Source: a virus
Lineage: Duplodnaviria > Caudoviricetes
Strand: one strand, 5' to 3'
DNA length: 64,000 nt
IMG/VR virus record: IMGVR_UViG_3300020567_000066
Location: 7,121 to 71,120 of that record
A program made the position numbers and the translations under genes. Below, one piece after another: positions 26,996 through 37,033 of this stretch. The notes under the pieces were generated by a model. It saw nothing but the letters and a program-made list of their open reading frames with translations, did not search any database and was not told the origin of the DNA. Within the stretch, counting starts at the first letter, position 1. Each line of letters starts with the position of its first letter.

Positions 26996-28061
26996 AATTA
27001 TTTTCTCTGTTCTTTTCTTTCATTTGATATTTTTCAATCCAACATCATATGCAGAAGAAGCCATTACTAAGGTTCCAGAATATAAAGATAAGAAGGTTCA
27101 AATTTATCATCACTTCCCAATTCTTCACAACAAGGCTGGTTATGATGGTCTTGGGTTGTGTGTCTTCACTTCTATTGAAAATACAGCAATTCCTCAGGCC
27201 ATTTATCCTCTTTATGGTCTTCGTGATTGGATGACTAGGAAACAAGGTGGTGGTTGGCCTGAGAAGGTAGATCGTATACTCAGAGAATATAAAGCTAATG
27301 TCAAGTATGTGCATTTTGAAGGTTCTTCTGTGGATAAATATGAGAAGGTATTTCGAGATGCTCTTGATGTTGGCTTTGTTCCCTGTATCACCTGGGGAAC
27401 AGATGTCAGTCATTATGGTGGCAGACAGATTGCCCATATGATTAATGTTGTTTACTGGGATGATGATTATGTCTGTGTTGTTGACAATAACTTTCCTAGA
27501 GAATATCTTTGGGTTGATACTCCTACAGCCAAGAAGTATATGAGCTTGGGTGGTTTTTGGGGAATGATATTCTATGATCAACCCGCTATTCTACTTCACA
27601 GGGTAAGACCAAAATATGAAGACAATTTTACTTTCGTTGATACTCATAAAAATAATTTTGGTCTTGACAGATTAAAACTAAAGCTTGATGACCATGTCAG
27701 AGGAGGAAAATGGGGAGATGATGTAGAACTTCTGAGAACTATCAATGAGCTTAAGAACAAGATTGTGATTGTTTGCATTGGTAAGACAAATCTTAAGAAT
27801 GATCCAGATTTCAAAGATTTTGTAGTTCACCACAGAGACAAGATGGAAGATTGGATGAGAGATTTTGTTGGTGAAGGATTATACTTCATACAAGGGAATC
27901 AAGTTTTTGGTCCATTTCCTGACAAAGATTCTCTCCTCAACAAACTTAAACCAAAACCTAAATCACCTGTAATTGTGTTTGATAAGGAATTAATTCTCAT
28001 TATTGTGAATATAATTATAATAATACTATTCATATATTTTATATTTTTCAGACAAAAATAA
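26985..28061 (+). CDS. secreted, C-terminally membrane-anchored papain-like (C39-type) cysteine peptidase
   Basis: Signal peptide ending TSYA/EE; Cys in GLCVFTS, His in AHMINV, Asp in VDNN; C-terminal TM LILIIVNIIIIILFIYFIFF. Confidence 0.6.
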   Translation: MFRKIIFSVLFFHLIFFNPTSYAEEAITKVPEYKDKKVQIYHHFPILHNKAGYDGLGLCVFTSIENTAIPQAIYPLYGLRDWMTRKQGGGWPEKVDRILREYKANVKYVHFEGSSVDKYEKVFRDALDVGFVPCITWGTDVSHYGGRQIAHMINVVYWDDDYVCVVDNNFPREYLWVDTPTAKKYMSLGGFWGMIFYDQPAILLHRVRPKYEDNFTFVDTHKNNFGLDRLKLKLDDHVRGGKWGDDVELLRTINELKNKIVIVCIGKTNLKNDPDFKDFVVHHRDKMEDWMRDFVGEGLYFIQGNQVFGPFPDKDSLLNKLKPKPKSPVIVFDKELILIIVNIIIIILFIYFIFFRQK

Positions 28062-28066
28062 AATGA

Positions 28067-28879
28067 ATGGAGAATGTCATGGATGACGATGCAAAAAGAC
28101 TGAGGTACAACAAATCTGCTATAGGATGTTTGTTCATTTTGATATTCTTTTTTGTTATTGCCAAATTACTTGGGAGTTACTGTGACTCCCTTACAGAAGA
28201 CAAACCCAGCAAATCAAATCACAATAACGTTTACAGAAGTCCATATCTGATTCTCAAAAGTCACACAGGTGTTGGTTCTGGATTTGTAGCCAAATACAAA
28301 GATTTTGCTTTTGTAATGACTGCTGCCCATGTGGTTGAAGATGGCAGTGGTCTTTTTGTTTATGATTCTAAGAATCAGTTTCTTGGTGCTATCAAACCAT
28401 TACACATAGATAAAGATAGAGATTTGGCTATTTGTGTAGCAACATATAAGGTTTATAAAAATAATGAAAAGTGGAACTTTATGGAGTTCCAGGATTATTC
28501 TCTTGAAGAATTGGAGCATATTGTTGGAGAGGATGTATTCTTTCATGGTTTGACTAATGTTGGCTGGTGGTTTACTGATAGACCCTTCCTTCCCTTTACA
28601 GAAAGAACCAATCTTGCCAGAGTTACAAGGACCAAAATAAAACTGAATCCTGAGCACAGTAATGCCAAAGAATGTACCATATTGACAGCAAAAGGCTCTG
28701 GTTATTATGGTTGTAGTGGAGGTCCATTATTATATAAAGGAAAGGTAATTGGTGTTTGTTCTATGATGGAACAATTTCCTAATCAGTATCCAAAGGCTGG
28801 AACACTTTTTATATATCCATTTGACACATTGAAAGAGTTTTTTGAATCTGAGGATATGATCAATGCCTCTAAATGGTAA
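28067..28879 (+). CDS. membrane-anchored trypsin-like (S1) serine protease
   Basis: N-terminal TM; GSGF, TAAHVV (His), DLA (Asp), GCSGGPL (Ser). Confidence 0.88.
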   Translation: MENVMDDDAKRLRYNKSAIGCLFILIFFFVIAKLLGSYCDSLTEDKPSKSNHNNVYRSPYLILKSHTGVGSGFVAKYKDFAFVMTAAHVVEDGSGLFVYDSKNQFLGAIKPLHIDKDRDLAICVATYKVYKNNEKWNFMEFQDYSLEELEHIVGEDVFFHGLTNVGWWFTDRPFLPFTERTNLARVTRTKIKLNPEHSNAKECTILTAKGSGYYGCSGGPLLYKGKVIGVCSMMEQFPNQYPKAGTLFIYPFDTLKEFFESEDMINASKW

Positions 28880-28907
28880 AATATGGTACACTTTGGAGGG
28901 TGATAGC

Positions 28908-29096
28908 ATGGATGCTGATAAATTCATTCAAGGATTGCAAACACTTCTCAAGGTTGCTTCTGTATTAAGCAAGTTTACACCCAATAAGGCTGATGATACT
29001 GTGGTTGTTGTTCTGGAAAATATTCTGGAAGTGCTGAAGCAGAACAAGGATTTGGTTAACTTTATTCTTGATCTTTTTGGCAAGAAGAACAATTAA
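28908..29096 (+). CDS. small holin-like protein
   Basis: 62 aa, amphipathic, ASVLSKFTPNKADD motif of small phage membrane proteins, basic C-terminus; SD GGAGG. Confidence 0.35.
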   Translation: MDADKFIQGLQTLLKVASVLSKFTPNKADDTVVVVLENILEVLKQNKDLVNFILDLFGKKNN

Positions 29097-30523
29097 CCAA
29101 AAAGTCTCTTTTCATTATTGAATGAAGAACCAAAAGGATTATATTTTTCCCTTATAATATACTGTTGCTCTATATTACCAACAGTTATGATCTCATATCT
29201 TGGAGTTTCTGATAATCCCTCTATAGCATAACATAAAGACATTATTCTATCCTTGTTTTTTGTATTCTTATTGAATGATACAAGACCACTTTCTTCTCCA
29301 ACAAATATGTTTTCCATTTCATATGAAAGAGATTTTCCCTTACATAATCCTGTTACAATTGGAAAGTATATTCTTTCTGTCATAATAAGAGACACCAACT
29401 GGTTTAATACTCTTTTGTTGTATTCTGATGATGGTTTGACTATTCTTACCTTCTTTCCCTCTTTTGATAGCTTTTCTATTATGAATAGAGTTTGATATGG
29501 ATCAATAGTAATAACACAGTTTGGAAATCTTGCTATAAGATCATATAGTTTGTTCTCAAAATCTCTTGATTGTAAGCTGGAGTATGCTTCTATACAATCA
29601 ACAATTACATTTTCACCTTGATCAATATGAACAACTGACATTGCTGTTAATGATTTTGAATATCCAAAGTCTACACCTATTGAATACCAGCGATTAGATG
29701 ATCCATACTTGTTCTCTGGATATTTACACAACTTTAGATACTCACTGACAATTCTAGATGAAGACCTGGTTACCCATTCATTGTAGAATACTCTTCTTAT
29801 TTCCTTATCATCCATACCTTTTGATGCTAGAGCAATATCTTCATCATTCATCCATGTATTTGGTCTTCCCGGCTCATCATAAACATACCACTCTTTGGTA
29901 TTCTTAAGCTCACTAATAAGGTTGTATTGCCATGTATCTTTATATCCTGCGTTAGATATGATAATACAACAGCTCTTTGGGTTTTTGGGTATTGAGGAAA
30001 ACATTGCATCAAAGAATCTCTTGCTTCTATCTGATTCCCAGTGTGTCAATTCATCGAATATAATAAGGCTTGGTCTTTTACCCCAAGCAGATGCAGCATC
30101 TGAGGACATGATTTTGACATATCCATTATCACCAATAACTTTTGAATTAGATTTTGATCTGTAAATCTTTACTCTCTTTTGTAACTCTGGATTGAGGATG
30201 AGTATTTCTGTTATTGCCTCTTGTATGAGTTTTGCTTGATCCTGGTCTACTGCACAGGCAAATCCATGAATAATGCTGTCCTTTCTATCTAGAATTGACC
30301 ATAATACAGCTCTTGCTATTGAAGATGTTTTATCACATCCTCTTGGTCTTATGAAACATGCATGTCTGTAGGGATACTCAAAGTTATTTGTTGTTGCTCT
30401 CATTAGTATACCATTGAGTATGGCAGAATCATGTTTCTGCCAGTCTTTTGCAACTTCCTTAAACAGTTGAGGCTCTGGAGTTGGAATATAGATGTTGTTG
30501 ACAAAGTCAATGTATGATTTCAT
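29093..30523 (-). CDS. terL: terminase large subunit
   Basis: Walker A-like RPRGCDKT, Walker B IIFDELTHW, IISNAG, nuclease SIGVDFGY and DRIMSLCYA. Confidence 0.88.
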   Translation of the reverse strand: MKSYIDFVNNIYIPTPEPQLFKEVAKDWQKHDSAILNGILMRATTNNFEYPYRHACFIRPRGCDKTSSIARAVLWSILDRKDSIIHGFACAVDQDQAKLIQEAITEILILNPELQKRVKIYRSKSNSKVIGDNGYVKIMSSDAASAWGKRPSLIIFDELTHWESDRSKRFFDAMFSSIPKNPKSCCIIISNAGYKDTWQYNLISELKNTKEWYVYDEPGRPNTWMNDEDIALASKGMDDKEIRRVFYNEWVTRSSSRIVSEYLKLCKYPENKYGSSNRWYSIGVDFGYSKSLTAMSVVHIDQGENVIVDCIEAYSSLQSRDFENKLYDLIARFPNCVITIDPYQTLFIIEKLSKEGKKVRIVKPSSEYNKRVLNQLVSLIMTERIYFPIVTGLCKGKSLSYEMENIFVGEESGLVSFNKNTKNKDRIMSLCYAIEGLSETPRYEIITVGNIEQQYIIREKYNPFGSSFNNEKRLFG

Positions 30524-30726
30524 AGTGTATCAATAAGCCCCTTGTCTTCTTTTTCTTCAAGTCTTCTGAGAACATCAACTGCTTTGAGAAGTCTGTCGAT
30601 AACTCTTAGTTTAAGGTTTCTCTTGTAGTCAATTTTGCTTGCATCTTCTTCTAGTGACTCTTCAATCTCTATTTTTTCAATTAATTCCTTCAGGTCTGAA
30701 ATAATTTTGTTGACTTCTTCTTGCAT
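30520..30726 (-). CDS. small helical protein, terminase small subunit candidate
   Basis: Directly upstream of terL with 4-bp overlap; SD GGAGG. Confidence 0.35.
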   Translation of the reverse strand: MQEEVNKIISDLKELIEKIEIEESLEEDASKIDYKRNLKLRVIDRLLKAVDVLRRLEEKEDKGLIDTL

Positions 30727-31447
30727 GGATGATTTCCTCCAGATCAGAAAGCATTTTAGGTTTATTGTATGATCTTGGTACACTAATTATAGTCTTTGTG
30801 TTTTGTGCGATATTCTTGATGTTGTTTTGTGTTTTGTTTTCTATTTCGATATTGAAGAGACTATTCAGTATACTTGCAACGTCTTTATTTCCTTTTCTTT
30901 CTACTATTGCCTCATATAAATCTTGTGGTTGAATGATTTTGATCTCATTATACTTGTCTAGAATCTTGAGTATTCTCCTTTTAATCTCCTGACAACAGTC
31001 CTCTGTAATTGGTTTTTTCTTTTCTACTTTGAATTGACATCCACAACTTCTGTCTCTTTCATAAAGATTTTCTTTTAGCCCCTGGAAAAAGGACATGAGA
31101 ATTATTGTATTGGATAAGTCTTTTTGAAAGCTGTTTATGATTTGCTGGTTATCATGGTATAACAAAAATATTACCTTATTTAGCTCAAGATATGATCTTA
31201 TACTTTGACCCAGATTCATGTCTATAATATGATGTATGGTGTGTTTGAATACATGAAATAAAGGATGTTTTTCATAAATTGGAGGTATATAATGTCCCGA
31301 TACGTTGGAATTATTAGACATACAAACATCTCCTTCATGAAATCCATAAAGAGCATGATAGACCTGGTTATCAAGTATATCAGGAATACTATTGACTACA
31401 AGTTTAATTATCTTCCTGACATTCGCTACAACCTTACAGAAATCCAC
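30677..31447 (-). CDS. hypothetical protein (true start probably downstream of 31290)
   Basis: Long ORF whose annotated 5' end overlaps the divergent gene at 31292. Confidence 0.5.
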   Translation of the reverse strand: MDFCKVVANVRKIIKLVVNSIPDILDNQVYHALYGFHEGDVCMSNNSNVSGHYIPPIYEKHPLFHVFKHTIHHIIDMNLGQSIRSYLELNKVIFLLYHDNQQIINSFQKDLSNTIILMSFFQGLKENLYERDRSCGCQFKVEKKKPITEDCCQEIKRRILKILDKYNEIKIIQPQDLYEAIVERKGNKDVASILNSLFNIEIENKTQNNIKNIAQNTKTIISVPRSYNKPKMLSDLEEIIHARRSQQNYFRPEGIN

Positions 31448-31774
31448 AATAATTATATGTCAATTATGCTTGAAATTGTTGGAAAATATTCAGATTTGGT
31501 TGTCTGTATGTTTTCCAGGATTACTGACATACCAATGGTGATGCTTGGTACTGGAAAGAAGATTTATAGAAGATATTGTGATGAGGTTATAAGAAGATAC
31601 AAGATTTTTCACCTTCCAGTAATCAAGAGAGCACCTTCTGGAGGAGTAACTATTTGGGTCCTAAGATATAAGGGAGGGCAATTCTTACCACAACGTATTT
31701 TTGGTCATGGCAAGGATATAGAGGAGAATAAGAATAATGAACAAAAGCAACCAAGAGAACAATATTCTTTTTGA
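31292..31774 (+). CDS. hypothetical protein
   Basis: SD GGAGGT before ATG 31292. Confidence 0.65.
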   Translation: MSRYVGIIRHTNISFMKSIKSMIDLVIKYIRNTIDYKFNYLPDIRYNLTEIHNNYMSIMLEIVGKYSDLVVCMFSRITDIPMVMLGTGKKIYRRYCDEVIRRYKIFHLPVIKRAPSGGVTIWVLRYKGGQFLPQRIFGHGKDIEENKNNEQKQPREQYSF

Positions 31775-32294
31775 TGTCAAGAAGCTAATTATTGAAGAAT
31801 CAATAAAGCATTTTCAAAATGATGGTTTTCTGTTTCTAAAAAGCTGTAGTAAAGAGATTAGTTCAGATGAGTATATAAAATGCACAAAGTCTTTCTTTAC
31901 CAACTTGCAGATGCTCAATTCAATCGCATCTTGTGTAATACACATTATAAACTCTGAAATTGTAGGTCCAAGTTATTATTGTATTGAAAGTCTTCATGAT
32001 TTTATAGAGTCTCTTTCCAAACACAATGTTTATATTCTTGAGGAACAGAATAAGAAAACTGGTTGTTTTGCCATAATCCATATAAAGGACAATATTGTTG
32101 TCAATGATGGCAAATATGTTCTTTCTGAACTTCTTGGGTCAATAGTTTATTACCACACTCGACTCATTAATGCACTAAACTATTATGATAGAACAAAAAA
32201 TATTGATGAGGTGATTAAGATTATTAGGACATTTTTTGTCAATAGTGAGAATATAAATAGGGTGAATAGCTCTGTTAAAGCTGGAGCACATTGA
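31737..32294 (+). CDS. hypothetical protein
   Basis: 185-aa ORF ending 1 bp before the protease gene. Confidence 0.65.
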   Translation: MNKSNQENNILFDVKKLIIEESIKHFQNDGFLFLKSCSKEISSDEYIKCTKSFFTNLQMLNSIASCVIHIINSEIVGPSYYCIESLHDFIESLSKHNVYILEEQNKKTGCFAIIHIKDNIVVNDGKYVLSELLGSIVYYHTRLINALNYYDRTKNIDEVIKIIRTFFVNSENINRVNSSVKAGAH

Positions 32295-32295
32295 T

Positions 32296-33612
32296 ATGGA
32301 AAAGGTAAGAAGTCTTGTGAGAAAATTAGAGCTTGGTGATGATGGATATTTTGTTGTCAGAAGCATTCCTGTTCTTGATGAGCACAAAAATGGTGATGTT
32401 ATTGTAGATAGAAATAGACTTGAGAAGATAATGCAAGTTATGAATAGTAGACCACCTGCTGCCATTATTATTGGTCACACTAAAGATGGATCAGAGGAGG
32501 AGATGCCAGTTGTTGGTTATGCAGATAATTGGAAAATTGAAGATGGACATCTGTGTTGTGATTTTCATGTTTATGATAAGGAGGTAATTAAGAAGTATCC
32601 AAGGAGATCAGTTGAGCTATGGGTTGAATATAATATTATTGATCCTATAGCTTTATTAGGATCAAGCGCTCCTCAAAGGCCATTACCACATTTAATTATT
32701 CGTGACGATACATTTGATGATGAGTTATTGATTGATACAAGTGACAATAAGGCTACTGTTGTATTACCAACATCATATAAGTATAGCAGAAAAGAAGGAA
32801 AGTGTATTTGTTACAGCATAGAAAATATAATAAAATACAGGAGAAGCAAAGATATGGCTGACAAGAAGAACAAAAAGTACAAAGAGAAAGAAAAGGAAAA
32901 CGAAGATTTTATAAAGTTTGAAGACACTGTAGATGAACTTGAGGATACCTCTGAGAAAGAGGAAAAGGAAAAAGAACCTAAAGAGAATAAAACTACTGGT
33001 GATTCACAAGTTGACAAGATTGTTGAAGCTGTATTGTCTGCCCTGTATGAAACACCTGAGTGGCAGCTTCTTTCTCAAATTACTGATGAATACTTTGCTC
33101 TACAAGAGGAAATGCAGAATCAAGGTGCGCAAATGGGTGGTGGTGCTGAAGGTGAGGCCGCAGAAGGACAAGGAGGTCCGCCACCCACTTCTCCTGAACA
33201 GGCTCCTCCTGGTGGTGTTATGAAACAAGACTTGTCTTCTGGTCAAACTTTTGTTCCCAAAGCAAGATTTGATCTCTCACATCTGGAGAATGAAGTGAAG
33301 AAGCTTTCTATTGAGAACAAGCTTATTAAGAGAAAGTATGAATTGAGCAAACTTGTGGCTGAGGGCTATCCTATTGATGTTGATGAAGAAGCAGAGATGA
33401 CACTTGATTTGCCTGATGAAAAGTTCAATAAATATTTGTATTCTCTCAGATTGAGAGGTAAGAAACCTGCTGAATATTGGATTCCTGTAAGAGATTCTAT
33501 TGAAGACAAACCCATTGATAAGGAAACGATGCAGAAGATTATAAGATATTCTATGGAAAATAATGTTACATATGATGAAGCTAAGGCTAAGATTCTTGGA
33601 AAGCTCAAATAA
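32296..33612 (+). CDS. Mu gpI-like prohead protease with C-terminal scaffold
   Basis: IIIGHT, VVGYADNW, YPRRSVEL, PIALLGSSAP; acidic and coiled-coil C-terminal half; upstream of the capsid genes. Confidence 0.75.
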   Translation: MEKVRSLVRKLELGDDGYFVVRSIPVLDEHKNGDVIVDRNRLEKIMQVMNSRPPAAIIIGHTKDGSEEEMPVVGYADNWKIEDGHLCCDFHVYDKEVIKKYPRRSVELWVEYNIIDPIALLGSSAPQRPLPHLIIRDDTFDDELLIDTSDNKATVVLPTSYKYSRKEGKCICYSIENIIKYRRSKDMADKKNKKYKEKEKENEDFIKFEDTVDELEDTSEKEEKEKEPKENKTTGDSQVDKIVEAVLSALYETPEWQLLSQITDEYFALQEEMQNQGAQMGGGAEGEAAEGQGGPPPTSPEQAPPGGVMKQDLSSGQTFVPKARFDLSHLENEVKKLSIENKLIKRKYELSKLVAEGYPIDVDEEAEMTLDLPDEKFNKYLYSLRLRGKKPAEYWIPVRDSIEDKPIDKETMQKIIRYSMENNVTYDEAKAKILGKLK

Positions 33613-33642
33613 ACTAATATCGAATAAGGAGGATGAATAAAT

Positions 33643-34053
33643 ATGTTTCAATCACCTTCTTTTGTAGCTGGTGGAAATATCAGTCCTGGCCGTGTTGTAT
33701 TTATTAGTGGTGACTTCACTGTGAGCCAGGTTACTGCTGATGCTGCCAATGCTAATGCTAGAAAAGTCGTTGGTATTGCGACGACAGGATTTAGACGGCC
33801 TCAGGGTTTTGCTGATTATCAATATGCTGCAATAGCTGGCGAACCTATTCGTGTATATGGAACTGGTGAGGTTTGCCTTGCTGAGGCTGGTGAAGACCTT
33901 GCGGCTGGAGACAGACTTGCTTTCAATGCTAATGGTCAAGTTGTTAAGGTGACCAGCGTAACTGGTGCTCTTGTCTCTGTTGGTATTGCCTTGGCTGGAG
34001 CAAATGCTGGTGAATATGCAAGAGTGTATGTAGATGTTGATGTTATTGCCTGA
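33643..34053 (+). CDS. capsid decoration/cement protein
   Basis: A/G/V-rich: AGGNISPGRVV, AGEDLAAGD, ANGQVV, VGIALAGANAGE; between protease and capsid genes. Confidence 0.75.
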   Translation: MFQSPSFVAGGNISPGRVVFISGDFTVSQVTADAANANARKVVGIATTGFRRPQGFADYQYAAIAGEPIRVYGTGEVCLAEAGEDLAAGDRLAFNANGQVVKVTSVTGALVSVGIALAGANAGEYARVYVDVDVIA

Positions 34054-34092
34054 TACTAACTAAAAGAAAGGAATCTATATAGGAGGTAAGGA

Positions 34093-35247
34093 ATGCCTGC
34101 TTCTTTTAATGCACATCAAACATTTGTACCTAATTTTGATGCTTCTGGGAAGCTAGTTGTTGCATTCTCTCGCAACATAAAAGACTTCCCCATCAATAAG
34201 TGGATAACTTTGACTCCTGTCAAGCAGATTGCAGGGTACTATCTCAGAATTGTGCCCGAAAATGCTGCTAGAATTGTCAATGCCAAGGTTGAGGATTCTA
34301 TCTGGCCTGATGGTCAGCCTGCTCCTATTGGCCAATTCAACACAGAAGTGTTGGATTGGAAACAGTTTGTCTGCTTCCGTTATGTGTCTCCCTATGCCAT
34401 TGGCAAGTTAGCTGTTGACTCTGCTGACTTTGATGTTATGACTTTACATCAAAGACAGGCAGCTCAGCAAAGAATGACTGGTAGAGCGCAACTGGTCTTC
34501 AAGAAACTGGTTCCTGGAAGCCAGGCAGAAGCTCAGAGCATGTGGTTAAATCACTGGGCTTATGGTCCTAATACAGCTAATCTAAGCCTTGGATTGAAAG
34601 AGGGTAATGGTACGCCTGCTGGTGGTACTAATCCTGGTAATGCGTATAATGGTGATGCTTTCCAGCCAAACTTCAAGAAGATTCTTCAAACGATTGCTGT
34701 GAAGATTAACCAAGATACTTTTGGTGTTGTGTCTACTAAGAATCTTTGTGTAGTTGTGAATCCTAATACTGCTGTTAGGTTATCTCAATCTGCTGAAGTC
34801 CATGCCTATCTGAAAGAGTCTCCTTATGCTCTTGCCCAGATTCGTGGTGATGAAAAGAACCAGAATGCTATCTGGGGCTTACCTGAAAGACTGTATGGAT
34901 TTGAAATTGTCGTAGATGATACTGTTATGGTTGGTGATAATCCTCTGGTTCAGACTGACCCCAATAAGTCTCCTTTCGAGTATATGCAGACTAAGAGCTA
35001 TGTGCTTCCTGATAATGCCTTGCTGGTTGTGGCTAAACCTAATAGCCTTGTGTCTCCTATTGGTCCTAACTTTTCTACTGCGACAATCTTTGCTTATGAG
35101 GAAATGGTTGTTGAAGAAAAGTATGATGAAGACAATAGACTCTATAGAGGTCGTGTAATTGATACAATCGGTGTGGAATTGACTGCTCCTGTCAGTGGAT
35201 ACTTTGTAAAGGATATTAGTTATACTAATACAACCTTTACCTGGTAA
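34093..35247 (+). CDS. major capsid protein (HK97 fold inferred)
   Basis: 384 aa after scaffold and cement genes; strong SD; followed by a terminator; Mu gpT-like context. Confidence 0.8.
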   Translation: MPASFNAHQTFVPNFDASGKLVVAFSRNIKDFPINKWITLTPVKQIAGYYLRIVPENAARIVNAKVEDSIWPDGQPAPIGQFNTEVLDWKQFVCFRYVSPYAIGKLAVDSADFDVMTLHQRQAAQQRMTGRAQLVFKKLVPGSQAEAQSMWLNHWAYGPNTANLSLGLKEGNGTPAGGTNPGNAYNGDAFQPNFKKILQTIAVKINQDTFGVVSTKNLCVVVNPNTAVRLSQSAEVHAYLKESPYALAQIRGDEKNQNAIWGLPERLYGFEIVVDDTVMVGDNPLVQTDPNKSPFEYMQTKSYVLPDNALLVVAKPNSLVSPIGPNFSTATIFAYEEMVVEEKYDEDNRLYRGRVIDTIGVELTAPVSGYFVKDISYTNTTFTW

Positions 35248-35268
35248 TGGATTATAGTAATCACTGAG

Positions 35269-35311
35269 TCCTGCCTTCAAGAGTTCTATGCTTTTGGAGG
35301 CAGGATTTTTT
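35269..35311 (+). terminator. intrinsic terminator after the major capsid gene
   Basis: TCCTGCCTTCAA ... TTGGAGGCAGGA stem followed by TTTTTT. Confidence 0.8.
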
Positions 35312-35324
35312 GTTGGGGAATAAT

Positions 35325-35837
35325 ATGGCAGACATTACTTCTACAAGTACTGGTTATTGTACACCACAAGAAATGTTAATTCGTTATGATAGAAGATTGA
35401 TTGGCATGTTGGTTTCTGATAGTGGAACTCCTGTAACAACTGGATTAGAGACTGATCCTGTCTTATTAACAATGCTTAGACAGGCATCTGGTGAAGTTGA
35501 GAGTGCTTGTTTGAGAGGAAGAAGGTATAGTAAAGAAGATTTAGATGATATATATCAGAGTGATACTGCTGCTAAAGATTTTCTTGTGTGGCTTGTTGCT
35601 TCTATTGCCTTATACAGACTGTGGCAAAGAAGAGGTGATCCTTCTATCAATATTGGAGACTTCAACCAAGCTTTAGCTTATTTGGAAATGTTGGAACAGG
35701 GAAAGAGGATATTTCCAACCTCTGAACATGCTAGAGCTGGTACACATACAGAGTTTTTGAGTGTGCAACAAATACCATTTAATGATCTCAGAATCAAATA
35801 CAATAGGCTTCTTGGAGATGCTGGTCTTGTGGAGTAA
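35325..35837 (+). CDS. head-tail adaptor, Mu gp36/DUF1320-like
   Basis: YCTPQEMLIRY, LRQASGEVES..RY, IALYRLWQRR, ALAYLEML..GK. Confidence 0.8.
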   Translation: MADITSTSTGYCTPQEMLIRYDRRLIGMLVSDSGTPVTTGLETDPVLLTMLRQASGEVESACLRGRRYSKEDLDDIYQSDTAAKDFLVWLVASIALYRLWQRRGDPSINIGDFNQALAYLEMLEQGKRIFPTSEHARAGTHTEFLSVQQIPFNDLRIKYNRLLGDAGLVE

Positions 35838-35840
35838 AAT

Positions 35841-36437
35841 ATGAGCACATTTAATACATTAGGTCCTGCTGAAATACATGTTACATACTTCAATGGAATA
35901 AATATATTTCTTGGATGGGCTGAGAGGTCTCCTGATATTAATTATCAAGTAACTTCTCAACCTACTGCTAATGCCACAAGTGGTGTTAGACTTGGTGGTC
36001 ATTATTGCTATCAGGGTACTGAAGCTCTTGTAGAGTGTGTGTTTACCAGGTTTGATTTGAATAATATGAAAAACTATATTAGACCATTTATTTCCAGCAC
36101 ATTGCACAACAATGCAAGAGTTGATTGGCTTCCTGTTGGTGCTGTATTTACTCCAGAAGTAAGTAATTTGCCTGCTGTAATGAACTTTGGTAGTTCTGCT
36201 GTTAGATTTGATGCAAGAACATTATTGACTATAACCTATCCATATGTTGGTAGAAGTATAACCTTTCTTTCAGCTATACCAGAGGGAATAAGAGTTATTG
36301 ATATTGCCTCTGTACCAGTGAAAGTAGCTATTCGATGGCATGCTGTGAGAATAATTGGCAATCTGCAACTTGGCTTCCCATCTCATTGGGGTTTGTATCA
36401 GGTTACTACTGGTACTACTAGTCAGGATGTGTTGTAA
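35841..36437 (+). CDS. tail-tube-like protein 1
   Basis: GPAEIHV...FLGWAERSPDI...G..A.VEC.FTRFD; beta-rich; position after the adaptor. Confidence 0.5.
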   Translation: MSTFNTLGPAEIHVTYFNGINIFLGWAERSPDINYQVTSQPTANATSGVRLGGHYCYQGTEALVECVFTRFDLNNMKNYIRPFISSTLHNNARVDWLPVGAVFTPEVSNLPAVMNFGSSAVRFDARTLLTITYPYVGRSITFLSAIPEGIRVIDIASVPVKVAIRWHAVRIIGNLQLGFPSHWGLYQVTTGTTSQDVL

Positions 36438-36439
36438 TT

Positions 36440-37033
36440 ATGATTGACCCAATTGTACCAACAATATTTCCAAGTAGACATTCTGCAACACCGATTTACT
36501 TCATATCCAATTGGAATAGGTTTGTTTTTATGCTTGGTTTTGCAGAAGATAATCCAGTTATTACAGTAAAGGAAAGGGAAGCTACATTTAAAACTGCTTT
36601 TGGTCCAGATCATGGAAGATTCTTTGCTGGTTCAAAAGGTTTTCTAGAAGTAACATTGACAAGAGTCAATTTATTCTCTGTGAGAATGTTTATTGCTTCA
36701 CAGTTGCATGATAGGTCTTATTATCAGTATTCTGTTGGCAGAAGTGATATGAGAAGACCGTTTTATAATGTGTTTTTCAACAATGGCTTTTCTGGTGCAT
36801 CTATTTCAACTCCTTTCACAACATTTATTGTTGGTAGACATGTTCTACACAATTGCAAGGTAGAGGAGTTTTCTGTTATTGGTTCTGGTATTGTTCCATA
36901 CAGAATTAGGATTGTTGCAAGTGCAAGTCCTGTATTTGAACTTGGAACATTTTCTCATACTCTTGTTCAGGATGTGTATCAAATGAATCCTATGTTTCCT
37001 ATCTTTAACATAATTGATCCACTTCTGATATGA
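36440..37033 (+). CDS. tail-tube-like protein 2 (paralog)
   Basis: MLGFAEDNPVI...FFAGSKGFLEVTLTRVN aligns with 35841-36437. Confidence 0.45.
   Translation: MIDPIVPTIFPSRHSATPIYFISNWNRFVFMLGFAEDNPVITVKEREATFKTAFGPDHGRFFAGSKGFLEVTLTRVNLFSVRMFIASQLHDRSYYQYSVGRSDMRRPFYNVFFNNGFSGASISTPFTTFIVGRHVLHNCKVEEFSVIGSGIVPYRIRIVASASPVFELGTFSHTLVQDVYQMNPMFPIFNIIDPLLI

Noticed and set aside
21172-30523. Inteins or introns in dnaE or terL
   Set aside because: Both are contiguous and short, with no intein or homing-endonuclease motifs.
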